From positions 180,001 to 212,000 of the forward strand of contig CP065016.1 of the NCBI GenBank assembly GCA_016700375.1: a stretch of 32,000 nucleotides of DNA. The letters are read 5' to 3'. The notes below the pieces were generated by a model that was given only the letters and a program-made list of their open reading frames with translations, was not told the DNA's origin and did no database searches. This stretch comes from Candidatus Saccharimonadota bacterium (GTDB lineage: Bacteria > Patescibacteriota > Saccharimonadia > Saccharimonadales > UBA4665). Both the position numbers and the translations under genes were made by a program. Below are positions 1 to 11,684 of the stretch, piece after piece. Positions within the stretch are counted from its first letter, which is position 1; each line of letters begins with the position of its first letter.

Positions 1-119
1 TTCGTCAGTTTCTCGAGAGGTTTCTCTAGCGCCAGTAGTGCGTTCGGTGCTAATACGACCGTACCAGCTACCGCAGCTAACACTCCAAACCGTATAACAT
101 CATCAATAAACAAACTCAT
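1..119 (-). CDS. hypothetical protein, N-terminal fragment running off the left edge
   Basis: ATG at 119-117 (minus) opens a frame with no stop to position 1 (MSLFIDDVIRFGVLAAVAGTVVLAPNALLALEKPLEKL...). It contains a hydrophobic helix. It is too short for the ORF track and no family is recognisable. Confidence 0.3.
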   Translation of the reverse strand, partial: MSLFIDDVIRFGVLAAVAGTVVLAPNALLALEKPLEKLT

Positions 120-223
120 TGTCTCGTTTCGCGCCATACTAATAACATACTCGTACGAGTGAGTTATTAGCAAGGGGTGGATTGAACGATTGAAGGGTTG
201 GAGGTGAAGCTGCGATTGTGAGA

Positions 224-955
224 TTAGGTTTTGTCGCTAGTGCCTATTCGAGATTGTCGAGGATGGGCGGTGCGCGGGAGTACGTACAGTCCAAGACTGA
301 GGGCAAATATCACTGCAAAACCGCACATGACGCTCGGTACAGCATTAATAAACTCTGGGTTAATCGTGTTTGCAATAGCCACGGGTACCATGAAACCAAG
401 ATAGCCTGCCGTGAGACCAAGCAACGCTTGTTTAGTTCGCTGGGAACTCACTTTACGGGCCAAGTATATGGATGCTGCAACTACCAGGAGCTCAAGTCCG
501 TAGTAGTACAGCGTATACCACGACGTTGCGTAATTGCTGGTTTTGAAGATAACGTAGTTACCGCCGCAGGTCGTGGCAGAAATACCATTGGCCGCGAACA
601 GGAAATATCCCATAAAAACAAACATGGAGCCGTAGCTTAGCGCAAGCAGCCACGGTACCTTTTGTTTGGCAATGACGCTCAATAGGTGTATGCCAAGCGC
701 CGGTAACGCCGTTATGGCTACGTAGCCAATCTTTGCCCACGTCAGTTGCGACAAGCCGAATAATCCTTCGCATATTGTGTACTCGGCCAACTGAAACACA
801 GCGAGACATACAAATGTAGCTACCGAAAGCTGCACCAGTCGGCTCATTCGGTACCGCCACAAGGTCCACAGCGCCAATCCAATTTCAATTAGGAAGGTCG
901 CCATCATAACTGGCGGTGAAAAACAGAAAAATGTCGATTTATTACGGCGTTGCAT
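224..955 (-). CDS. multi-pass integral membrane protein, function unknown
   Basis: 243-aa ORF with repeated ~20-residue hydrophobic segments. Its start overlaps the upstream rdgB-like stop by 1 nt (TAATG), suggesting coupling. The + strand ORF 218..640 covering the same DNA is Arg/Cys/His-rich and looks non-coding. Confidence 0.65.
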   Translation of the reverse strand: MQRRNKSTFFCFSPPVMMATFLIEIGLALWTLWRYRMSRLVQLSVATFVCLAVFQLAEYTICEGLFGLSQLTWAKIGYVAITALPALGIHLLSVIAKQKVPWLLALSYGSMFVFMGYFLFAANGISATTCGGNYVIFKTSNYATSWYTLYYYGLELLVVAASIYLARKVSSQRTKQALLGLTAGYLGFMVPVAIANTINPEFINAVPSVMCGFAVIFALSLGLYVLPRTAHPRQSRIGTSDKT

Positions 956-1506
956 TAGGATAGTATCTCATACAGTTCTTTAATGGGGCGAATAGCCCGG
1001 TAGACTTCATCATATTCATCTTGGTTCAGCTCGGCACGGGTGCGTCCGCCGTAGCCATCCGGACAAAAAATACTATCCCAACCGTATGAAAAACCGTTAG
1101 TCCCTAGTGGGTGTTCGGCAATTTCACCGCGGATTTCACCATGCAGTATGGTCATCTTTTTGCCGTCATAGAGCCCAAAATACGCTCGGGCGGTTGCTCG
1201 GCGGCTCGGGAGGCCATCGGCCATGCGACACAAGTTTTCCGCACCGTTTTTAGCACCTACAAAAAACTTTATGAATGGTCCTGGCAGACCATCGAGCTCA
1301 TCAAACCACATCGATACATCGTCCACAAGCACTGCGGCATGTAACGCCCTGTAGGCTTCTTTTGCTTTGTGTCTGATAACGTCATCCATATGTAATGACT
1401 GAAGTTCATCGAGTTCAATATTTTTGTGAGCGAGCGGTACACCCAGTATACGCGACAAATTATCGGCTTTGTCCTGGTTGCCCGTAATAAATGTGACCAA
1501 TTTCAT
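955..1506 (-). CDS. rdgB: non-canonical purine NTP pyrophosphatase (RdgB/HAM1, ITPase family)
   Basis: 183 aa. It has an N-terminal TGNxxK motif (FITGNQDKADN), GLPGPFIKFF, and FSYGWDSIFCPDG (cf. the FGYDPIF motif). Length and motif order are typical of the Ham1 family. Confidence 0.85.
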   Translation of the reverse strand: MKLVTFITGNQDKADNLSRILGVPLAHKNIELDELQSLHMDDVIRHKAKEAYRALHAAVLVDDVSMWFDELDGLPGPFIKFFVGAKNGAENLCRMADGLPSRRATARAYFGLYDGKKMTILHGEIRGEIAEHPLGTNGFSYGWDSIFCPDGYGGRTRAELNQDEYDEVYRAIRPIKELYEILS

Positions 1507-1527
1507 TCGTACTAGTATACTAGAAGC

Positions 1528-4848
<3,321 letters not shown>

Positions 4849-4966
4849 ATGCTCACTGAAGGCTTGCTTCGGTCATTTTGGATATACAAAGCTACTTCAC
4901 TCCTTTGGTATTAGTATAGCTTATGCCTAGTAGGAGTGACAATGACGATGTTATAGTGGTTGGCAT

Positions 4967-6196
4967 ATGCGCCTTGTTCAAGTTTCTGCCCGACCTGCGT
5001 CGGTTCGTAAATATCCAAAACGCCACACAAAGCGATGGCTTTGCGTAACCCTTAGTCTTGCGCTACTAACGGCCATTCAGCTGCTGCGCCCGTTACCGAA
5101 TGCCACTCTAGTGCTTTCGCTGCCGGCCTTACCCAAAAGTAACGGATTGCAATTAGCGTGGCCAGGAAGTGGGCAAGCGTCGTTGGCCGCCGAAGGATAC
5201 GGCATACTAGCCTTGTATGGTAAGCAGGAGCCGCTTGCCACAGCAAGCATAGCCAAGGTTATTACTGCCCTATGCGTTTTAGAAAAGTATCCACTTAATG
5301 GAGATGCACCCGGGCCAACGCTAACGATGTCGAACCGCGATGTTGTTTATTACCAAGAACAGATTTCTCAAAACGGTTCTCGGTTCCCGGTTGAGCTGGG
5401 TCAGACGCTCACTGAACGGCAAGCTCTAGAGGCTATTATGATTCCTTCTGCAAACAATATTGCAGATAGCCTGGTGCGGTGGGCTTTTGGTGACCAAACG
5501 ACCTATGCCGCCTACGCAAACGAGTACCTGCAGCGGAAGGGTCTTGTACATACTCGAGTTGGTACAGACGCAAGCGGCTATGACCCGTCCACAGTAAGTA
5601 CGGCAGAGGACTTGGCACGGCTGGGCAGTATAGCCCGAAAAAATGCGGTGCTCATGGATATCGCCAGACAAGACAGTGCGTCATTTGGAGAATCAGGAGT
5701 CTACACAAACTACAACACTGCACTCGGAAAACACGGAATAAACGGCCTAAAAACTGGTAACAACGACCAAAATCCGGGTGCGCTCCTGTTTACTGCTGAT
5801 GTACAAACCGGGAGCCACATGCTGGAACTTTCTGGTAGCGTAATGGGTGCCGAGTCACTTGCAGGTGCGATTAGGTCTTCGGAAGCGCTTGTTGAAAGTG
5901 CCCTTCAAAATTTTGAGGCCGTTTCGTATACACAAGCTGGCCAGATTGTTGGTGAGGCGCGAACCGCATGGGGCGCTAGCACGCCGATTCGCACGAAAGG
6001 AGCGCTAGAATTGGTGCGGTGGAAGGCGGAAAAAGTAACTGAGCAGCACACTCTTCGTGCCGCGAGTGCAACCGTAGCCGCCAGTGTTGGCGCTTTGGTT
6101 GTACATGCGGGCGAGGTTCAATCAAGCACGACGCTAGAGATTACCACGCCTGCCGATAAACCAAGTGTATGGTGGCGGCTGACACGACTAAAGTAG
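4967..6196 (+). CDS. D-alanyl-D-alanine carboxypeptidase (serine peptidase S11, PBP5/6-like)
   Basis: 409 aa with an N-terminal anchor or signal. The three class-defining motifs occur in order: SxxK (ASIAKVIT), SxN (IPSANNIA) and KTG (GLKTGNN). Confidence 0.85.
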   Translation: MRLVQVSARPASVRKYPKRHTKRWLCVTLSLALLTAIQLLRPLPNATLVLSLPALPKSNGLQLAWPGSGQASLAAEGYGILALYGKQEPLATASIAKVITALCVLEKYPLNGDAPGPTLTMSNRDVVYYQEQISQNGSRFPVELGQTLTERQALEAIMIPSANNIADSLVRWAFGDQTTYAAYANEYLQRKGLVHTRVGTDASGYDPSTVSTAEDLARLGSIARKNAVLMDIARQDSASFGESGVYTNYNTALGKHGINGLKTGNNDQNPGALLFTADVQTGSHMLELSGSVMGAESLAGAIRSSEALVESALQNFEAVSYTQAGQIVGEARTAWGASTPIRTKGALELVRWKAEKVTEQHTLRAASATVAASVGALVVHAGEVQSSTTLEITTPADKPSVWWRLTRLK

Positions 6197-6230
6197 CACG
6201 TTTCACCTCATATATGGTACGCTCAGATAC

Positions 6231-7472
6231 ATGACGAGCTATTTTTCACCTGATTTTTTTGCAGGCAATCGAGAAAATTTGCGGGCTTTGCTGACGGGTG
6301 GCGAAATTGTCGTACTTACCGCAGCCGGAAGTCTTCAGCGCAGCGGTGATACAACGTATCCGTTTTCACAAGACAGAAACTTTTGGTATGTAACGGGAAT
6401 TGATACGCCAGATGTAGTGCTAGTTCTAACGGCTGACGACGAATACATAGTATTACCAGAACAAGACGACATGCGAGATGTGTTTGACGGCGCTATTGAC
6501 CCTAACGAACTGAGTCGGCGTTCTGGGGTTGCCAAGTGTTATTCCCAGCGCGAGGGGTGGGACCGGCTAAAATCTAACATGCAGGGCTGTACGGCTGTCG
6601 CTACGGCCCTTCCTGGTGCACTTCGGCATGCACACGGTGGATTTTACCTGAACCCTGCGAGAAAACAGCTGGCTGAACGCCTCAAACGCACGGCCCGTAA
6701 TGTTGATTTTCAAGATATACGAACCCGAATCGCTAGACTCCGCGCCGCAAAACAGCCAGCTGAACTAGCGGCGATTACCGCGGCGGTTAAACTTACAACA
6801 GATACCCTAAGTGAACTTCGTTCCGCCAAGCAACTTGGACTTTTCCGGTATGAATATGAACTTGAGGCCGCGATATCACATGGTATGCGCCAAAGGGGGG
6901 CAGCCGGACATGCGTATAGCCCAATAATTGCGAGCGGACCTCATGCAACGACATTGCACTACACAGCAAACAACGGCAAAATAGACCGAAATCACCTGAT
7001 TGTTGTTGATGTTGGTGCCGAAGTTGAAAACTATGCCGCAGATATTACACGTACGCTGTGTGTTTCAGAACCGACAAAACGACAAGCCGAGGTTCTTGCC
7101 GCAGTACGGACTGTCCAGCAAGAAGCGCTAGCCACCCTTAAAGCGGGCATTTTACTCAAAGACTATGAGCAAACAGTCACCCGCGCTATGGGTGAGGCAC
7201 TTGTTGGGCTTGGACTTAGCAACGACAAAGATGACCATGTCACGCTGCGACGCTATTATCCTCATGCAACCTCGCACTTTCTAGGTCTTGATGTACATGA
7301 CGTTGGAGACTATATGTCTGTGCTTGAGCCAAACATGGTCGTGACCTGTGAGCCTGGCATTTACATCCCCGAAGAAGGTATCGGCGTTCGGTTAGAGGAC
7401 GATGTTATTATCACGAATACCGGCGTAAACAATCTCAGCACCAATTGCTCGTACGACGCCTACGTTCTATAA
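6231..7472 (+). CDS. Xaa-Pro aminopeptidase / prolidase (M24B metallopeptidase)
   Basis: 413 aa. Pita-bread-fold metal ligand context is present: VDVGAEVENYAADITRT, HATSHFLGLDVHD, EPGIYIPEEGIGVRLEDDV. Confidence 0.85.
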   Translation: MTSYFSPDFFAGNRENLRALLTGGEIVVLTAAGSLQRSGDTTYPFSQDRNFWYVTGIDTPDVVLVLTADDEYIVLPEQDDMRDVFDGAIDPNELSRRSGVAKCYSQREGWDRLKSNMQGCTAVATALPGALRHAHGGFYLNPARKQLAERLKRTARNVDFQDIRTRIARLRAAKQPAELAAITAAVKLTTDTLSELRSAKQLGLFRYEYELEAAISHGMRQRGAAGHAYSPIIASGPHATTLHYTANNGKIDRNHLIVVDVGAEVENYAADITRTLCVSEPTKRQAEVLAAVRTVQQEALATLKAGILLKDYEQTVTRAMGEALVGLGLSNDKDDHVTLRRYYPHATSHFLGLDVHDVGDYMSVLEPNMVVTCEPGIYIPEEGIGVRLEDDVIITNTGVNNLSTNCSYDAYVL

Positions 7473-7591
7473 CCAAACAACCCAGCTTTCCGAAATTTTC
7501 AGTCAAATATTTCCTGAGGCAAAACCATGTATACCTGACGAAACATATCTTGATACGGTGAGGAGGGTAGGCACGGTTTTGACCGGAAAGA

Positions 7592-8023
7592 ATGGGTGAA
7601 AAATCGGAAAGCTGGGTTGTTTGGGTATATAATGCTTATGTAATGACGGCGTATCGAAAACAGGGTTTTATCTATTCATTTTTGCTGCGATGGTTTGTGT
7701 GCAGTCTTGGGCTCTGGATTGCAGCCGGCCTGCTGCAGGGGTCAGTAGACTACCAAAGTCGTTTTGGGGTAGTTGTGTCTGCTGGAGCGGTTCTGGCACT
7801 TATAAACTCATTTATAAAACCGCTGCTTGTTGTACTAAGCCTTCCGGCCATTCTGCTTTCATTAGGACTCTTTATGCTAGTAATAAACGGCGCTATGGTT
7901 TATCTTGCCAGCAAATTATACGGTCCGCTTCATATAGATAGCTTTAGCGTTGCAATTCTAACAGGACTAATAATTGGCGTTGTAAATTACCTTGTTTCGG
8001 CTATTTTGGACCGGAGCTCATAA
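7592..8023 (+). CDS. DUF360 / phage-holin-4-like small membrane protein
   Basis: Four hydrophobic helices with the pattern typical of this family (LGLWIAAGLL...FIKPLLVVLSLPAILLSLGLFMLVINGAMVYLAS). The true start may be the internal ATG at 7643, since a TATAAT lies at ~7627. Confidence 0.65.
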   Translation: MGEKSESWVVWVYNAYVMTAYRKQGFIYSFLLRWFVCSLGLWIAAGLLQGSVDYQSRFGVVVSAGAVLALINSFIKPLLVVLSLPAILLSLGLFMLVINGAMVYLASKLYGPLHIDSFSVAILTGLIIGVVNYLVSAILDRSS

Positions 8024-8064
8024 GGGTCTGTTAGCTCACTTATTCGTGGTATACTAGTAAAACG

Positions 8065-8280
8065 ATGAGTATATATAACTATGTTGCAATTGTTTCCATG
8101 CTATTTATGACGCTATTAATTTTAGTGCAAACCAGAGGCGCTTCTCTTGGTGCGGGCATAGGGAGCAGCGGTGAAGTGAACACCGAACGACGGGGAACCG
8201 ACAAAACCATTTACCAGCTTACGATTGTTTCGGCACTGGTGTTTATTCTTGCAATTTTGCTTGGTATTATTATTGGCTAA
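8065..8280 (+). CDS. secG: preprotein translocase subunit SecG
   Basis: 71 aa with two TM helices flanking a Gly-rich loop (LVQTRGASLGAGIGSSGE...ERRGTDKTIYQLT). Size and pattern are typical of SecG. Confidence 0.7.
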   Translation: MSIYNYVAIVSMLFMTLLILVQTRGASLGAGIGSSGEVNTERRGTDKTIYQLTIVSALVFILAILLGIIIG

Positions 8281-8305
8281 GCCGAGTGGGTGGGACTAGA
8301 ACATC

Positions 8306-10096
8306 ATGACCGTCATGAACCGCGCAACCAAACTAAGGCTTCGGCGACTGCTGCGCCGACAACAGCGCCAGGTTGAATCAGTCACTTCACGCGCAGAGGC
8401 CGGCTTTGACTCAAACTTTGTTGGCAGGCTAGAACGGTTACTAGATGTCAAGCGGTTCGTCGGAGGCTGGCTCTTTCTCGTGCTAACCATCAGCACTATC
8501 ACCTTATTGCAGGCGGTGAACCTGAGTGGTTACTATCTCAAACCCGGGCCAATACCAGGCGGTCTGTATAACGAGGGCATGCTTGGTGTCTACAGCAATG
8601 CGAACCCCATTTACGCCACTGGAGCCGTGGATACAGCAGCCTCACGGCTAATTTTTGCTGGTCTACTAAAGTACAACGACAAAAATCAGTTGGTCGGTGA
8701 CTTGGCACAAAGCTACGACGTAGATGAATCTGGGAAACAGTACACATTTTCATTAAAACCAGGACTCATCTGGCACGACGGAGCGCCGCTTACCAGTGCA
8801 GATGTTTTATATACATTCCGCACCATCCAGAACCCCGATACGCGGTCGCCACTGTTGTCAAGCTGGCAGGGGATAGCAATATCCGCTCCCAACCCGCAAA
8901 CGGTCGTATTTGGCCTTCCAGGTGCGCTTACTGCTTTCCCGCATAGCCTCACAACCGGCATAATTCCTGCACACTTGCTGCAGAAACTACCGGCCGCTCA
9001 ACTCCGCTCGAGTAGCTTTAATACCACTGAGCCAGTGGGAGCAGGCCCTTTCGAATGGGGCTCTTTGCAATTTGGAGGCGAAGCTGGCTCGGGCGAGGCA
9101 ACAACCCTACTGTCTTTTAAAACCTTTGAAAAATACAACGGTGGTCGTGCTAAATTAGATGGCTTCGTCTTGCATGTGTATGACGATGAAGAAAAACTAG
9201 TGGCAGCCTACAAAAAGCGTTCCATTGAAGCGATTGCAGGCTTGAAACGTTTACCAGCAGCACTTCAAAACGATGCCTCAGTGTATCCATATCGCTTCAA
9301 CGCCACAGCGGCTACTATGCTGTTTTTAAAAACATCAGACGGGGCGCTTACCGACCCTGTGGTGCGTAGGGCACTCGTACTCGCGACAGACAAGCAGAGT
9401 ATACGAAGCGCTCTTGCAGAAGATTTGCGGCTTGTTCATCAGCCATTTTTAGTGGGGCAACCTGGCTACGCCAAGGAGTTTGACCAGCCGCGTTACAATC
9501 CCAGTGCAGCTGTGGCCGCCCTGGAACAGGCGGGGTGGCTGAAGGGTAAAAATGACATCCGCGAAAAAAATAAAGTACCGCTACAGATTATCGTTGTGGC
9601 CGAAGAAACCCCTGATAATCAGCTTATACTGCGTAAGATTAAAGAACAGTGGAAAGCGATAGGAGTTGACATGCAAGCAGCCCTACAGCAAACCACTGAC
9701 TTTCAAAGCTCGGTTGAAACACACGCATATTCCGCACTTCTCTATACAATTTCAATCGGTCCTGACCCCGACGTATATGCGTACTGGAGTAGCACACAGG
9801 CAGACCCGAGAAGCAGTAACCGGCTGAATTTTTCTGAGTATAAGTCGACTGTAGCTGACACGGCGCTCGAAGGTGGGCGCACGCGACAAGACCCTACGGT
9901 GCGCGCTCTGAAATACAAACCCTTCTTAAAAGCTTGGCAAGAAGATGCTCCTGCGGTTGCATTGTACCAGCCCAAAATTTTATACATTTCAAGAGGATTT
10001 GTGCAGGGTCTCGATGAACACAGTATAAATACCGACGCCGACCGCTACTACTCAGTCACAAACTGGGCAGTGAAAATAGGACAAATAGCAAAGTAA
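8306..10096 (+). CDS. ABC-type solute-binding protein, family 5 (peptide/nickel type), membrane anchored
   Basis: 596 aa. A basic N-terminus plus a single TM helix (WLFLVLTISTITLL) precedes an SBP_bac_5-like body (LKYNDKNQLVGDLAQSYDVDESGKQYTFSLKPGLIWHDGAPLTSADV). No permease or ATPase genes are adjacent. Confidence 0.75.
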   Translation: MTVMNRATKLRLRRLLRRQQRQVESVTSRAEAGFDSNFVGRLERLLDVKRFVGGWLFLVLTISTITLLQAVNLSGYYLKPGPIPGGLYNEGMLGVYSNANPIYATGAVDTAASRLIFAGLLKYNDKNQLVGDLAQSYDVDESGKQYTFSLKPGLIWHDGAPLTSADVLYTFRTIQNPDTRSPLLSSWQGIAISAPNPQTVVFGLPGALTAFPHSLTTGIIPAHLLQKLPAAQLRSSSFNTTEPVGAGPFEWGSLQFGGEAGSGEATTLLSFKTFEKYNGGRAKLDGFVLHVYDDEEKLVAAYKKRSIEAIAGLKRLPAALQNDASVYPYRFNATAATMLFLKTSDGALTDPVVRRALVLATDKQSIRSALAEDLRLVHQPFLVGQPGYAKEFDQPRYNPSAAVAALEQAGWLKGKNDIREKNKVPLQIIVVAEETPDNQLILRKIKEQWKAIGVDMQAALQQTTDFQSSVETHAYSALLYTISIGPDPDVYAYWSSTQADPRSSNRLNFSEYKSTVADTALEGGRTRQDPTVRALKYKPFLKAWQEDAPAVALYQPKILYISRGFVQGLDEHSINTDADRYYSVTNWAVKIGQIAK

Positions 10097-10113
10097 GGCT
10101 CAATTCTATTGCA

Positions 10114-10710
10114 CTAAGTCTCGCGAGGTAATTGGTCATTCTTGGATTCAATTATTCCTAATTCGGTAAAATAATATCCGATTTGTGTAAGGGCAGTCGC
10201 TAGGCTCTTGGTAGATCTGCCGTATAACGTTTCGTCAGATACTCCGTTGGTACCATATCCTTTGAGAGCTGCGACAGTATTTTTCCAATGTATAAGCCAG
10301 AAGAGTTGAGTCGGCACTTGTATGCCAGGGCGTGAATCATCACGTAAGACTTTTTTTACCACAGCACTCTCACCACCATCAACAATGAAGGTCGGAACGC
10401 GGGTATTTTGGTGACTAACCATGCTGAGTAGCACACCTTTTTCGGTGCCTTCTTGGAGTAAGGCTTTGTATGTAGTCAGCTCTTTTGTGAGTAGAGCAGC
10501 AGAGGTATCAAGGGGAACGTGAGCCATATCTGATATAAGTGTCACCTGCTCTCGCTCGTCTTGAGTGAGTACAATATCTCTGCCAAAACATGCGCCCGTA
10601 ATGCTTGTGCGTTTTGCTAAATCGCTAATAAGCTCTCTGTTGAGCACTGGACTATTAGGCTCACTAATTCGATCACTACCATTACCCGAGGGGCTTGCTT
10701 CCGCAGTCAT
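10114..10710 (-). CDS. hypothetical protein
   Basis: 198-aa ORF, soluble-looking, with no motif I can assign. It is divergent from the 10792 gene. Confidence 0.5.
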   Translation of the reverse strand: MTAEASPSGNGSDRISEPNSPVLNRELISDLAKRTSITGACFGRDIVLTQDEREQVTLISDMAHVPLDTSAALLTKELTTYKALLQEGTEKGVLLSMVSHQNTRVPTFIVDGGESAVVKKVLRDDSRPGIQVPTQLFWLIHWKNTVAALKGYGTNGVSDETLYGRSTKSLATALTQIGYYFTELGIIESKNDQLPRET

Positions 10711-10791
10711 ATGATTCTATGTTAGTTGCTGCCTCATATTTTGTCTAGCAGATGTCGCTGAGCAAGCAGACTTCCTTGCTATACTGAAGTC

Positions 10792-11370
10792 GTGGTCAAA
10801 GAAATCTTGGGTTATATAGCAGTGTTTTTGACAATTGCTGCGTATGTACCGTATTACCGTGACATTTTGCGGCACAAAACGCACCCGCATATATATAGTT
10901 GGACTCTTTGGGGTATTTTGACAGCACTCCTTGCAGTGTTACAAATAAAAGGCGGTGCTGGAGCAGCTGCATGGGTTACGATAGTTGTCGGCATAGTATG
11001 TGCTGGCGTTGTCGTGCTCAGCTTTAGAATAGGTAATAAAGATATCACAAAGTCCGATACGGGTGTAGCTGCATTATCTCTTCTAGCCCTCGTATTCTGG
11101 CTTGTCGCTGACCAGCCCGTGCTTGCTATGACGCTCGTGGTTCTCGCTGACGTGCTTGCATTCGTTCCCACAATTCGAAAGTCATATTATAAACCGTACA
11201 GTGAAACGTTGTCTCTGTACGTTACGAATGTGTTTCGTTTCATACTGGCTTTTGCGGCTATACAAACATACACGTTTCTGTCTGCAGCATGGATTGTTAC
11301 TTGGATGCTCGCCAACGCACTCTTTTCCCTTATGTTGATTGTGCGCCGCAGGCAGGTTGGGGCTCGATAA
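10792..11370 (+). CDS. multi-pass membrane protein, function unknown
   Basis: 192 aa with a GTG start and about 6 hydrophobic helices. It is followed by a strong hairpin terminator. There is a faint PQ-loop-like feel (VPYYRDILRHKT), but I do not assert it. Confidence 0.6.
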   Translation: MVKEILGYIAVFLTIAAYVPYYRDILRHKTHPHIYSWTLWGILTALLAVLQIKGGAGAAAWVTIVVGIVCAGVVVLSFRIGNKDITKSDTGVAALSLLALVFWLVADQPVLAMTLVVLADVLAFVPTIRKSYYKPYSETLSLYVTNVFRFILAFAAIQTYTFLSAAWIVTWMLANALFSLMLIVRRRQVGAR

Positions 11371-11382
11371 TTGTAACCATAT

Positions 11383-11410
11383 AAAAGAACCTCATATATG
11401 AGGTTCTTTT
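11383..11410. terminator. bidirectional rho-independent terminator hairpin
   Basis: Perfect palindrome aaaagaacctcatatatgaggttctttt: a 10-bp stem flanked by an A-run and a T-run. It sits between the convergent membrane-protein gene and tRNA-Leu. Confidence 0.75.
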
Positions 11411-11413
11411 ATA

Positions 11414-11497
11414 TGGTGCGGATGAGAGGACTTGAACCTCCACGAGTTGCCTCACTAGTACCTGAAACTAGCGCGTCTACCATTCCGCCACATCCGC
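11414..11497 (-). tRNA. tRNA-Leu (anticodon CAG), type II, CCA encoded
   Basis: Reverse complement reads GCGGATG-TG-GCGGAATGGTAGACGC-G-CTAGT-TTCAGGT-ACTAG-(long variable arm)-GGAGGTTCAAGTCCTCT-CATCCGC-A-CCA. It has a 7-bp acceptor stem, a 7-nt anticodon loop with U33 and CAG, and discriminator A. Confidence 0.9.
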
Positions 11498-11557
11498 GTG
11501 ACTATTAAGAATAAAGTGCCCTGTAGTTTAGTGTCATCTCGGACGGGTATCGTTTGC

Positions 11558-11624
11558 TGGCGGATGGTAGACGAGCGTCTACGATTACTACTGGCAGTGC
11601 TACACACTGACCGCCACATCCGCA
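11558..11624. other. tRNA-Leu-derived fragments / tRNA-like folded element
   Basis: The + strand TGGCGGATGGTAGACG copies the tRNA-Leu D-arm. CCGCCACATCCGC (11611-11623) copies the first 13 nt of the neighbouring tRNA-Leu in minus orientation. GCGGATG and CATCCGC could close a 7-bp stem around two small hairpins, but no T-arm or anticodon arm is present. Confidence 0.4.
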
Positions 11625-11684
11625 TGTACTTTGTAACTATGCTAGGATAGCCCTTTTATCGTCTCTTTTCAAGCGATAGAGGCT

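Noticed and set aside
218-640. 140-aa + strand ORF overlapping the 224..955 minus-strand gene
   Set aside because: Its translation is Arg/Cys/His-rich with no hydrophobic periodicity. The opposite strand encodes a coherent multi-pass membrane protein, so this is treated as a shadow ORF.
8306-10096. Orphan solute-binding protein as an unusual system
   Set aside because: No permease or ATPase genes are adjacent, but membrane-anchored stand-alone SBPs are common in small genomes and the partners may be encoded elsewhere. Nothing in the sequence suggests a novel function.
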